A stretch of 64,000 nt of DNA. It comes from Dendrobates tinctorius. Taxonomy: Eukaryota. Shown piece by piece: positions 12,501-42,527 of this stretch. Position 1 is the stretch's first letter. Each line of letters opens with the position of its first letter. The stretch is from contig NW_027361788.1 in the NCBI RefSeq assembly GCF_039654945.1, forward strand, positions 24,118,001 to 24,182,000, read 5' to 3'. The notes under the pieces were generated by a model that saw nothing but the letters and a program-made list of their open reading frames with translations, made no database searches and was not told the DNA's origin. The translations under genes and the position numbers were made by a program.

Positions 12501-14819
12501 TATTGTAAGGCTATATGGGATCCCTCTGAACATTGTGTCTGACAGGGGAGTATAATTTGTCTCTACACTTCGGAGAGCTTTTTGCAATAAACTAGGGATT
12601 GACTTGTCATTTTCATCTGCTTATCACCCTGAAACCAATGGTCAGACTGCGAGGACAAATCTATTTTTGGAACAGATTTTAAGGTGCTTTGAGGTGGCGC
12701 AACAGGAGGATTGTTCTTCGTTTTTACCCCTTGCTGAGTTTGCTTTTAAAAGTCGAGTAAATCAATCTATCGGAACCTCACCATTCTTCCATTATTATGG
12801 TTTTCATGCCCATTTTGGCGAATTTACTAGGTTTAGTTGTGAATGCCCTGGGGTGGAGGTCATCGTGCAGAGACTTGGGGATGTCTGGAGGGAGGTTCAA
12901 AAGAATATTGGGACTGCCCAGATTAACCAAAAACGAAAAGGCCGATAGAAGACAATGGGTCCGACTTTTAAGATTAGGGGTAAAGTTTGGTTGTCGTCTA
13001 GGAACATTAAACTTAAAGTGCCGACGGCGAAGTTGGGTCCAAAGTTTATTGGTCCATATGAGATCCTAGAGGTGGTCAATCCTGTGGCATTTAGGTTAAA
13101 GCTTCATCCATCCCTTTGCATCCCTATCGTATTCCATAAATTCCTATTAAAGGAGTATAACCCTTCTGCATTGTCTGCCTCATCACCGCCTCCTCCGATT
13201 TCAGTAGACGGTGGCCTGGAGTATGAGTTTCAGAGGGTTGTGGCTTCTCGGAGGGTCCATAATTCCCTCCAGTACCTCATCCACTGGAGGGGATACGGAC
13301 CAGAGGAGAGATCCTGGATCCCTGCTTGAGATGTGAAGGCCAATCGGTTAGTTAGGGCCATCCATCTAAAATTTCCTGGGAAGCCTGGGGGTCCGGTGGC
13401 CCCCCTAGAAGAGGGGGTACTGTCACGGTTCCACCCCTCAGGGTGTCTGGGATGCAGTTACTGACAGCCCGGTGGTCCAATCTGGTATAGGGTCGTGCTC
13501 AAGCTGTCGGTACTTTGATGCACAGCTCAGGCGTCCAAGCCGATACAGGGGCGTGCTGAAGCTGTCAGTACTTTGATTGACAGCATGGCCATCCAATATG
13601 GTTCAGGGGCGTGCTGAGCTGTCAGTGTGTTTATTGACGGCTCGACTAGCCAATTGGTGACTGGGAGGTGTCGGATGTCGCAGGTGTTCACTATCCCGGG
13701 TAAATGCCATGCTTACTTAACTGAGCAGCTTCTCCCAGACGTACATTCATCTTGTGAGGTTTGCGCTTTGTGCTCCCTGCACCTTGGGTTCTATATGCTT
13801 GGTCTGTTGCCCGACCTTTGACTTTGTTCTATGCGCCTGTTTAACCCCTTCAGCTCTGATCCGTTATCCTCCTGGTACTCTGACCTCGGAACGTTACCTG
13901 ACTACGCTTTTGTCTCTTCCTTCTGTTTATGACGTACGCTTCTGGCTTCTGACCTTGGACTTCTTGACCACTCTGACTCATGGCTTGGCTGTGAGAAGTG
14001 ACTACAGTCACACTTTTAACAAAAAATACATTTTTTTTAAATAAATAAAAAATCACTTTAATGCAAAATTGTATAAAGTAACTTGGATGAATAAAGCGCT
14101 GCAAGTGTGCCAGATGTCTCCATGTAGAAAATAAAAATATATGGAAGGTTTAATATTGATTTTTAATATTTTATTATTTTCAGATTTAGGTTTCATTTAT
14201 ACACATGAATAAATTGTCCTGGCGTCCAGGGGTGCAAGGTGTGTAGGGAAGCAAAAGGGTTAAAGGGTTTATGTATCTGTAAGAGCAAATGTTCAGTAGC
14301 AGTGCTGTCAGGTAAAAGCAGGTTAGAGCCTGACTGATCAGAAATGAATATTATAGCAATGTAATTAGTGAGAAAACATATCTAATGGCTTTCCCATAAA
14401 CTTTCGTCTCGGATGTATTTTATTGTATGTAGAATTTTTTCCTGCATGTTATGCTGCAAATGGCCAGTAGGGGGTGCAATAAGTACAAGTACCTGTGAGC
14501 AGAGTAGAGATCGTGATGGCTATAGAAAAAAATGGGAATTGGCCTTATGTTCTGCATCCCCTATGCCGGGTCACAGTGCGTCACCAACTAAGACATTTAA
14601 AAAAAAAAAAAAGGATTTGTAAAGTGAATCTGCAGGTGCAGAATGTGTCTATTGTATGGTTTGTTGGGTGCAATACTTTAATTTTCAGCCTGGGTACTAT
14701 CAATCCCCAAATATGGGCTGCTATGTGTGCAGAGACTGTGCCAAGATGTCAAAATGGGAAATGAATTACAGATCATCTTTAAAGATGGTGTGATTCGTGT
14801 CCTATTTTAAATGGATTTC

Positions 14820-15295
14820 CTTTCTCTCAGTGCTGAAAGGGTTAAGGACTCTTTCCATGCTGGCTGGGAACATACAGGTTATTGATATCGACTGCAGCTG
14901 CTGATATAATTTCCTCTCCCTACATATATTAGCTCTGGGAGTTTCTTCCTTGCCATTGAAAGAATCTTCTTCCTGGAAGTGTTGAGCTGTGTAGCTTTGG
15001 AGTTGGAAGTAGTTGCTGGAGTGTTTTGTTGCAGCAGTTTAGTGAGTGTTTATCTCCTTGTCCTTATGCCTATTTAGTTTGTTTATTTATCCCGGTCCTT
15101 ATCCTCCTCCCTATTTTTGGTGAGTGTTTTTGTATGATAGCGGTTTTCTGGTATTCCTGTCTGTCTTTGAATCTGGTTTCCCTTACATTTCTGTCCCATG
15201 CCTCATATGGTGAGGGGCGAGACAGATTTGGGTTTAACATAATAAGGTTGGAGACCGCTCTACCATCAAGAGTACCACTGGGACAGGTTTAGGTC
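14820..15295. mobile_element. Probable LTR remnant
   Basis: GT/T-rich U5-like sequence resembling the solo LTR at 30208; ends not defined. Confidence 0.35.
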
Positions 15296-15324
15296 CTGTC
15301 GCTTACTTAAGACCATACCAAGCT

Positions 15325-16612
15325 TGAAAGTTTGTGAACCTTTTAAAAATGTCCATATTCCTAAAAATAAACAAAGAAATAAGTCAAGCAAATTAATAAA
15401 AAATAGTAAGCTTTTAAAAGAAAAAAAGAAGAAATTTATCTAAAATCATGTTTGTGAGAGGCCAAAATATGTTAATCTTTAGGTTTAGCAGATAATTTGA
15501 AGGTGAAATTATAATCTTGCTTTCAGTCAATGGGATCACAATCAGGTGTGAGTGGGTAACCGGTTTTATTTCAAAAACAGAGATCTATCAAAGTCTGATC
15601 TTTACAACACAATCCTGTGGACGTGTATCTGTTACACACCTCACCAAGATCCTGGCTCTGCTCCCTTAACCCTGGTCCACTTAACTTTCTTGTGCTCCAC
15701 ATCAGACTTTGCAAGTAGCCTGGCATTCTCCCATGTGATCATCCACCCCGGCCTATAAAAGGCCCACCAAGGCCACACACCTGTGTTCTGGTATTAAGAC
15801 TCTTAGGTGTATGTGCACCATGACCTGTCTGTGGTCTCCAGGACCTCTATTACCTGGTTCCCGCGTGCATCAACTGCCTGATGAACTGAAGCCCATGGCC
15901 CATGTGCCCATACAGTCCATGTGCACCTACAGTGCCTAACTGTATCATGGCACAAACAAAGAAGGTTTCTGAGGATCTCAGAAGAAGAGTTTTATTTGAG
16001 CTCATCAGGCTGGAAAAGGTTACAAAGCAATTTGTAAAGAATGTGGATTCCACCAATCCACAGTCATATTGGTTGCAAAAAAAATAGACGAAATTCAAGA
16101 CTGTTATTACCCTCCCCAAGAGTGATCGACCACGAAAGATCCCTCGAAGAGCAAGATGTATAATAGTCCACAAGGTCACAAAGGAACCCAAGGTAACATC
16201 TAATCAACTAAAGGCCTGTCTAACATTAGCTAATGGTAATGTTTATAAGTCCACGCCCACGAAAGGCAATGGTATGCTGAATTTTAATCAGCAAATTCTA
16301 AAGAAAAATGTCAGAACATCTGTACATGAGCTGAATCTTGAGAGAACATGGTTCATGCAGCAAGACAAAGTCCCAAACACACACAAGTTGTTCTACAAAA
16401 GTATAGTTAAAAAAAAGGGAATACAGATAACGTTTTGGAATGGCCAAGACCCTAATCCTATAGAATTGTTGTGGAAGAATCTGAAACGAGAAGTTCATGG
16501 GAGAAAACCACCAACATAAGAGGTGACACTGTTTTGTAGGAAGTAATCATCTAAAATTCCGATGTGGCACACTAATGAAATACCGGAAAGGTTTAGATGC
16601 GGTTATTGCTGT
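15325..16612 (+). mobile_element. Decayed Tc1 transposon
   Basis: MAQTKKVSEDLRRRV N-terminus, WFMQQD and DPNPIELLWKNLKREV remnants. Confidence 0.8.
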
Positions 16613-16632
16613 TCATACTCAACTTAATGAGA

Positions 16633-17294
16633 TCAACAAAACAAAATTCAAACAGCTCTTAATCATAGCTTAAGGAATAGGACTAGAGTATAGTGTCCCA
16701 CTTTGGTATATCATAAGCAATGATAGAAGCAATAGAGTGGTGGAGTACTCCAAACTATCAAGACCAAAGCAATAGAACCCAAAAAAGTAGCCATAAACTA
16801 CATCGGTGAACAGTTAAAAAAAAAAGATTTCTTGAAATATTATGTATTAAAAACTTTTTAAATCATTACCATTTGATACAAACAATGAGTATTTTTAGGA
16901 GGAATGAAAAATGGAGGTCTGCCCTTGAGAAAGCAACACACGAAACGCGCGTCGGGGCAGCGCTGGTGGGCCTCACTGATTCCTCCAAAACTATGGGTGA
17001 GCAATACCTCACCTAACCAACTTTCTCTTGCCTCTATTTATGTATGTGACTATTTGGCTGATTTTACAGTGTATTTGTATACAGAGACTGGGTATTTTGG
17101 TACTTTGCACATTGTGTGCGGCATTACATATAGGATTTTAATGTAAGCCCTCCATTTTTCATTCCTCCTGAATAAACTCATTGTTTATATCAAATGGTAA
17201 TGATTTTAAAAATGTTTTAATACATAATGTTTCAATAATTAGTTTTTTTATTGTTCATCGTTGGTTTATGGCTACTCTGTTTTTGGTTCTTTTG
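16633..17294. mobile_element. Penelope-like element fragment with inverted arms and a 15-bp TSD
   Basis: CTCAACTTAATGAGA at 16618-16632 and 17295-17309; inverted arms ~16767-16917 and ~17148-17294; hammerhead motif in the spacer. Confidence 0.72.
16919..16960 (+). ncRNA. Minimal type I hammerhead ribozyme motif (U3-A8 variant)
   Basis: CUGCCC UUGAGAA agcaacacac GAAA C GCGC GUC GGGGCAG: helix I CUGCCC/GGGCAG, covarying core UUGAGAA, palindromic helix III ACGCGCGU, GUC cleavage triplet. Confidence 0.65.
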
Positions 17295-18032
17295 CTCAAC
17301 TTAATGAGAGCAGATAGACATGGAGCTGCGCTTTTAATTTTGGATCACACTGAAAAGGAACGCCGTTTACTAATGATAACGATGGCTCTTTCGATCGCAT
17401 CTGGCGTCACCACATGGCATAGAACTGCTGTGTATAATTTATAAGACCGGTACAGCATCCCTGCTGTTGAATGCCTTCCAGGCGGCAGTATCCGTAAAGC
17501 TGGCATCATTTCACAGAGGTAATGGGCAATTTGTATGACTTAACTTGCCATCCTTAAGAAGGACGCTGGGAGCAGACAGTGGGCACTGGGGGATTACGGT
17601 CCAAGCCCTGAGCAGATGTTTGCAATGTAAAATTGATTAAAAAAGCCTCAGAAATGATGTTGTGTTCTGGCTGATGAGTTATGGGTTTATGTAACTAGAC
17701 AAGTCGTATGGCGTGGAAACACAAGCACCAGAAATTAAAGGGATGACACTAGGGCACATTTTATGGAAATTATACTTAAAGGAGAACACTAAGTTACTGA
17801 GTTTGAGGGTTTTTTTTTGTTTTTTTCCACTGATGGGAAAACTGCTTCAGGAAATGTGACTGAGTTTTTCCTTTTTCTGAAGATGCTTTGGAAGAGTTTA
17901 TTCAGTTTTTTTTTCCAGCCTTTTGATGGAATATGCCGCAAACTAGGCACTGTTCAATCAGGATCCACTGCAAAATAGTCACATGCACTTTTATTTTTCT
18001 CCATCAGGGTTTTTTTTTTAAACTCCTGAGGC

Positions 18033-18460
18033 CAGATATAGAAGTGTGATCCAACATTGCACAGAACACGTCTCCTCCAGAGTCCAGTGGTGGCGGCTTT
18101 ACACCACTCCATCCGATGCTCGGCATTGTGCTTGGTGATGTAAGGCTGCATGCAGCTGCTCGGCCATGAAGCTCCTGGCGAGGGTGCAGTTTTTATGCTG
18201 CTGTTATACCAGAGGAGGTCTGGACTCTGCAGTTATGGAGTCAGCAGAGCATTGGTGACTTTTCTGTCCTCTGCTCCTCAGCACTCGGACCCCCCACTCT
18301 GTAACAATACGGGGTCTCCACTTTGTGGCTGAGTTTCTGCGGTTCCTTCCACTTCTCAATAACATCACTCACATGGGGATAGAGGAAGAAATGTCATGAA
18401 CGGGCTTGTTACACCAGCGGCTCCTATTACAGGACCTCGCTGGTATCAGTGAGCTCACTG
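18033..18460 (-). mobile_element. Tc1/mariner remnant (related copy at ~35060-35265)
   Basis: QPYITKHNAEHRMEWCKA translation, near-identical at both loci. Confidence 0.7.
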
Positions 18461-19366
18461 AGGTCCGATGGGGTCGGATGTTTAAAATCGTGGAGGGGAG
18501 GCGATGAGGATGGAGGTTATTCACTGGGGGGCGAGGGGGACGGAGGTAATACACTAGGGGCAAAGGAGCTGAAAGAAAGACCTGACTTTAAGGAAAGACG
18601 CGTTTCCCAATACTGTTCTCCATATGGTGGATCTCTATCACTGAGTGTAGGCATTGGCCATACGAAATAAACTCAGAAAGAAGCTCCTTCCCTTATTTGC
18701 ATGGACAAATTTACTATTTCAAATTTGTCAAAATAAAAAAGGCAAACAGGAAAACACAAAAATTGACCGAGGATATCTATCCACCTACCCTCAGCAGGAA
18801 GACATCGATATATATAAGTGCTAGCTCTACACAACAATCCATTTTATACATTATAGCTGCAGGAATTTTTAAACACAAGCGGGGAAAAAAATGATTTTAT
18901 GAAATGTAAACTGAAAGTAAGGGTTACTTAAAGAGGAACTCCTGTTTTGACAAGTAGGGTTTCAGTAAATGAGGATCTGTAGAGATCTCACATGTGGTCC
19001 CTCAGAGCTGAACTCAGGGACTGCAGCTTAAAGAGGAACATTGTGGGCCTCATTCACCTAAACCATCTATGTTGATGATTAGGATAAGGTAAAATTCCTC
19101 CAGGCCGACATGCAGCAGTAATCAACAATGATCAGCTCTAGTGGAAGAAATGAAGACAGCGAGTCATACAGGTGCCTGTCTACAAGCCCTATCAAAAGTG
19201 GAGTTCCCCTTTAAATGCCTTAAGACTATGCTATTGCATGGTGTAAAAAGTGATATAAGAGGGCAAAAAGCCAGCCCGGAAGCAGGTTGTACGTTGGTCC
19301 TCAGGAATTCCATGGTTGCAGTTGCTTGTTCTGGGAAGCCTGCCGGCACTTTGTTCTACCGGGTCA

Positions 19367-36901
<17,535 letters not shown>

Positions 36902-37489
36902 CTTGTGCTCTGTAGGGAAGGAGGGGAGAGACAAAGGGTTAATATCAGAGACATCATACTAGAATAGGAGGATGCCCTGCACACAATAAGCCCCCGCTAC
37001 TGCTCTCTGGTGTCATTTTCTAGAATACAAGTTGCTCCGATCAGCAGTGCTCACCTGGTGCTGTGCCCCACACAGTGTCAGCGGGCTGTCGCTGGCAGAT
37101 CTGACGTGCCCTGGCAGGTTGTTTGGGTGTGGATTCTGCAGGGTAAGCGCTGCCAAGGTCTACATGCAGCAGGCTGGCGTCAGCATGATACAGCACACAC
37201 CTTGCACCTCCTATTGACCGCTACCAGGTGCATAGTGGCTTTAACCCCTTCACAGCTGCTGTGGGCTAGTAACTTGGTCAGGGTCACTGCACAGGCACAT
37301 TACACTCTTATGTAATTCTACTGCCTGAGCCCCGGTGGAAGACCCCCTATACCATGCTAGACGACACCTGTATAAGTGGCACATTACCAATAAGCAAGAA
37401 TCTGGTTCGCTTTGCTGATCCTAGGATACCCTTCAGGTTTTGTGATAAAACTGCGTCAAAAACGCGACATGTGAACAGACATGACCTAA

Positions 37490-37530
<41 letters not shown>

Positions 37531-38479
37531 AAATATTTTTTTCCAGCAAGGAAAGTTAGGAAACTTTGCAAATCACTTTATTATTGAGATCTGTCTTCAT
37601 TACAGTAAAACATTAGAAAAAATTTTTGCATGTAAGCGGCTTCCGAACCCCAACTTTTCCCTGGTCTGTTTCCTGCCTCCATCTGGAGTACAGACGAAGA
37701 CATCTCCTGTTCGGAAAGCAAAAAACAGACCCCATAATAATCAGCGAGGCCACACTGATCCCTTTTGCATAACTGACGAGACAGATCACGTATTCCATTT
37801 GTGCCTTATAATGAAACCAATGGGGAGAGAGGCTCATCTACACTGCCTGCAAGTGGAGCAAATGCTCAGCTGCGAGCAAGACGTCCATTCACTGACATCC
37901 TGACAGTAACACTGCCTTTCATTATACATGGGGAAGCCTGTCGCTGGCAGTGCTCTATGGGGCATCACCTGAGGTGACCCGTGACAGTGGCTCTGCACAT
38001 CCATGGGGATGGAATAAAATATGTGCCCCCCCCCGTAACATTCCTAGAGGCGATCATTGCACATGCAGCAGAGTGAAAGCACAGATGACACATTCTGTCA
38101 CTACCCTAGTAGTAACAATAGCTCTGCTACCTATAAAGTGACCATTTTGGGTCTTTGCTTTAAGCCCACCTTCCACCATACTGACAGCCCAGGGTGGATG
38201 GGTACTCACTGGCACTGGGGTCCACACTAGGCTCTGGGATGGTGCGAGTCTGGATGCTGGGAGTTGTGTGTCTATGATGGGGGTGGATCTAGGAGGACTG
38301 TAGATTCCTCCCTGATGTTTGCCACACCCACTTCCCCATTCCCCTGCATGTCAGCCACCCCACAGCCCGCCTCTTCCTCACCTGATCACTGCTGTTCCTG
38401 CATCTTTGCAGGTGACTGATTTACAATAGGGGGCGTCACATAGAAATATAAAAAAATCATTGCACCCCAAAATGGAGTA

Positions 38480-39500
38480 GCAGCCAATCAGAGTACAGAT
38501 CTCATTTTGGATCAGTAGTTACTATGCAAAGGGAGGATCCTATCAAACAGCCTCCCAAATCTCAGCTTCCTGGACCCTTGGATATGGGGGGAGTTTGTTT
38601 TTAGTTAGTTATTTATTCCCATAGCATTAGATCCTAAAAGCATGCTTGTTACAGACATGTGGTAGGACTACAAGTCTCAGCATGGCCAGCAGCTTCTGAT
38701 TGGAGTGGCATGCTAGGATATTGGTGCTAAGTGAAGATAGCAGCAGAACTACAAGTCCCAGAGGTTTCTGATTGGGGTGACATGCTATGATAACGCTGCC
38801 GAGTGAAGATCCATTCAATGACTGTAGAACTACAAGTCCCAGCAGCCTCAGTGTCGGTATTCTGAGACTAGCATTTTTTTTTTATTTTTTCCTCTACTTT
38901 AGTAGAACTACAAGCGTCAGCATGTCTTACTAGAAAAACACTTCGGGACTTGTAGTTCCAGCTAAATAGTCACTATTTCAGAACTACAAGTCTCAGCATG
39001 GTCTGGCTTCTGATTGCAAATGCATTCTGGGACTTGTAGTACTAATCCCCATAATGTCAACATACACGATACATAAGGGAAGTCACGACCGGTTCTACGC
39101 CTACAACAGCCAGGAGGAGTGTGCGAAACCACCCCCGCTCTCACTCACCCACACTGGGTCTGCTCCCCATTTCTGCCCACTTGCTAAGCTCCGCCCACCA
39201 GCTAGGAATTTTTATCCAATTAGAAGCTAAATTATTTCCAGAGGGGCGTGTCCGGCGGCGTGACGAAGGGTGGAACTGTTCTCGTGCCCCTCACACGGAC
39301 CAATGAGAAAACACGTAAGAAGACATTGACCAATCAGATGAGGGCATGCCGGGTGTCAGGAGAGTGCATCGTATCATGATGGACAGGTGAGCGTGCCCCA
39401 CTTCCGTCCGGGAAGAATGTGGAACCTGCCCCACTTCCGCTGCCCAGGTTTCTGGTCATGCGAAAAGTCCCTTCGTGATGACGTGATGTGGTTGGGAAGT
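38480..39500. promoter_or_regulatory. G6PD/IKBKG bidirectional promoter with seven ZNF143/THAP11 (SBS, ACTACAnnTCCCA-like) motifs, CCAAT boxes and ETS sites
   Basis: ACTACAAG(T/C)n(C/T)C-type motifs at 38667, 38748, 38829, 38907 and 38983 (+) and at 38944 and 39027 (-). CCAAT near 38484, 39217, 39301 and 39331. CACTTCCG near 39400 and 39431. Candidate first-exon donors: G6PD (-) at 39148 and 38381; IKBKG (+) near 39386, 39532 and 39605. Confidence 0.8.
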
Positions 39501-39732
39501 AACACGGAAATTAGTGACAAAATAACTGCAGGTGAGTGTCAGAGTGCTGGTCCTGGTTCTGGGGGGACAGCTTCTGTTTATTCCAGGGCAGCGCCCCCTG
39601 GTAGGTGAGTAACGCTGTGTCATTGGCAGCCAGAGACATAGGGTGTAATACTGACGGCACCAGCTGCTGTGCACCAGGGTCGGTGACTGGCAGGACTGCT
39701 ATCCTGACATTGTCATTGGTATGGTGATAGGG

Positions 39733-40300
39733 TGTGGGCATCGCCCGTCGCCGGGGTCACGTCAGGTGGGCATCGCCCGTCGCCGGGGTCACATCAGGTG
39801 GGCATCGCCCGTCGCCGGGGGTCACGTCAGGTGGGCATCGCCCGTCGCCGGGGGTCACGTCAGGTGGGCATCGCCCGTCGCCAGGGTCACGTCAGGTGGG
39901 CATCGCCCGTCGCCAGGGTCACGTCAGGTGGGCATCGCCCGTCGCCGGGGGTCACGTCAGGTGGGCATCGCCCGTCGCCAGGGTCACGTCAGGTGGGCAT
40001 CGCCCGTCGCCAGGGTCACATCAGGTGGGCATCGCCCGTCGCCAGGGTCACATCAGGTGGGCATCGCCCGTCGCCAGGGTCACGTCAGGTGGGCATCGGC
40101 CGTCGCCAGGGTCACGTCAGGTATGCATCGCCCGTCGCCAGGGTCACGTCAGGTGGGCATCGCCCGTCGCCGACTCTGCGTCAGGTGGGCATCGTGTGTC
40201 GCCAGGGTCCTCGTCAGGTGGGCATCGCCCGTTGTCGGGTCCTCGTCAGGTGGGCATCACCCGTCACGAGGGTCGCGTCAGGTTGGCATCGCCCGGTACC
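39733..40300. repeat. 32-bp CpG-rich minisatellite, IKBKG intron 1
   Basis: Unit GGGTCACGTCAGGTGGGCATCGCCCGTCGCCA, ~17 copies. Confidence 0.95.
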
Positions 40301-42527
40301 GGTGACCGTGTCGGATGCCCGCGTCGGATGGGCATCACCCCTTGGTCGGGATTGTGTCAGATGGGCATAACTTTCTTCAATTGTTATTAAAGGGAACCTG
40401 TCACATGTGTCCATGCAGTCCAATCTGCAGGCATTATGTTACAGAGCAGGGGGAGATGAGCAGATAACGTTCTATGGGAAATGGCTGCCAGCTATCTCAG
40501 TATTTGCACCTGCACAAGGAAGGCTGTCAGTCTCTGATTAGGACCACCCACTGGACTCAAAATCCGCAAATGAGCAGGGGATTAAGGGACTAAAATACCA
40601 GTTATGCCAAATCATTTCCCATAAAGCTATATCGCCTCATCTCTCCCGCTCAGTAACCCGCTGCTTGGACTATGTGACAGGTTTCCTTTCTGTTGCCTAA
40701 GGTCTCCTCCCCCTGAAGAGATGGAGCTCCACCTTGTACATATGTACAGTACAATCATTCCGTAATCAGTATGAGCGTTCCCATACAGAGATTTGGTAAT
40801 TGTTCACAGCTGCAATTCAGAACAATCTGAGCTGCAGTGTAAAGTATGGGGAAAGAAGAAAATAGTAGTCTAAGTCCTAATGGGTGTGTTGGTATATTCT
40901 GGGTGACAGTCTGTCCTAGAATACCCTGCTGTGACATCAGCTTTAGCAGTACTCGCCCATCTTTTCCCCAAAACTGATAGGACTAAGGAATGACAGGGCA
41001 GAGTCCAGGTGCGTGATTATCAGCTGCGCTCTAAGACATTTATTCCTGCATGTTGTAAATCTCTGCCTGCTGCTTCCTGGTAGAGCGGAAGGATCAGATC
41101 CCAACTGACTTCTGACTAATAAACTACTTCCAGCGTCGGGTTAAGGATTTGGGCAGCGTTTTCACATGATGCTTGCGCGTCACTTGGGTGTCAGGCGGCT
41201 GAAAACTGCACCGCTAAACAGATGCTGGTTTGCCACAGACCCTTGGCAAGTAAAGGTAAGGTACACCGTATAGTGGCCATTCTTGGGTATTGCAGCTCTG
41301 CTCCTTTACGTGGCGATGGGAGCTGAGCCGTTGTCCCTGAGTACAGACACTACACTGTGTACGGAGCTGTGCTGTTCCAGCAGCATACACTGGTTACTTC
41401 CTTGTCTTGGGGCCCCCTCTTTACACTATGATGTACAGGAGGGTCCTGGGTGGACGGTCAACTATAACAATGTCCCCCATTAGGGTATATGCCAATGGTT
41501 GTTTAGATCAGAACTTGGACTTACTTCAGATTTTAGTTTGGAGAGGAGACACTCCTTAGAGGGCCACTATTCTCAAGCCACTCTCCATCCAACCACAAAG
41601 CTCGTCATTCCTTTATCAACATACCATAGCTGTGAACTACATCCATGGGCTCTGCTAGGTCTGCCAGTAGGGGGCTCCACCTTTGGGGCTTCTCCCACTT
41701 AGCTTCTTTAGTGGCAGAAATGTAACATAGGGATTTAGATACTAGAAGGATCTTTAAAATTGGAGACTGACTAAAGGGCAAGCCCCTCTGCAGGACCAGT
41801 CACATCTACACTACTATGTAATGCTCTTGTCCGCCTGTGGTGGCGCTGCAGTGTAGTTAAACACTTGCTGTCAGGTTCCGATTATGGCAGCAACGCAAAG
41901 ATAAGCTGCCATCAGAGGTGTCTGCCAGCTCCCCTAGCCTTATCGATAACACGTGCATTCTCGGTCACCCCGAGTGTGCACGTGTGTTGGTGCGCTGAGG
42001 ATTAGAGGTCATTTAATTGCTAGATATATATTACAAATGGGGCTGTTTATTGCCCCCTGGCACTCCATTGACCTCTGTTTGATTCCCTGCATTTAGTGTT
42101 TCCTGCCCTCCATTTAGCTAATGTAATTGCTTTATGACCCCTTTGAATTGCTTGTGTTATCTAGAAAATGGCATTAATTAAGGATGATGTGCCGGACGCC
42201 AAACAGTATATGTATTAAATGGAAGAGAAGAGGGTGAATGTCAGGCTCTCAACATCCAGATATTTAAAAAAGGCAAATAGTGAAAGATTACCCTGATACA
42301 ATAACACACATTCACCATGTGTTAATCGATGAGGATAAAGGCGCACGGCTAACAAATAGTGACTTAGGTCAGGACGCCGGTGTGAGTGTAATACTCATAA
42401 GACAGGCTGGAAGGAAGAGCTCTGACATCAGTAATGTAATAAGACCTCCATGCACCACAATATACACCTGTAGAAGGGAGAGAGCCACGGACCCCTCGTG
42501 TTACGCCACAGCCATGTGGCAGGGTCA

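Larger units (their letters stand above)
8579..14006 (+). mobile_element. Chromodomain Gypsy (Ty3) LTR retrotransposon, internally deleted, TSD GTCAC; truncated 5' LTR 8579-~8738, 3' LTR 13421-14006
   Basis: RT FSKLDLRGAYN...YLDDILIFS, RNase [12 protein letters not shown], integrase PWTHLSMDF and SSAYHPETNGQ, GPY/F and chromodomain LQYLIHWRGYGPEERSW. PPT before 13421; TGT...ACA ends; GTCAC at 8574-8578 and 14007-14011; many frameshifts. Confidence 0.93.

Noticed and set aside
39721-40423. ~200-aa Arg/Gly-rich ORFs in three frames
   Set aside because: Artefact of the stop-free 32-bp repeat.
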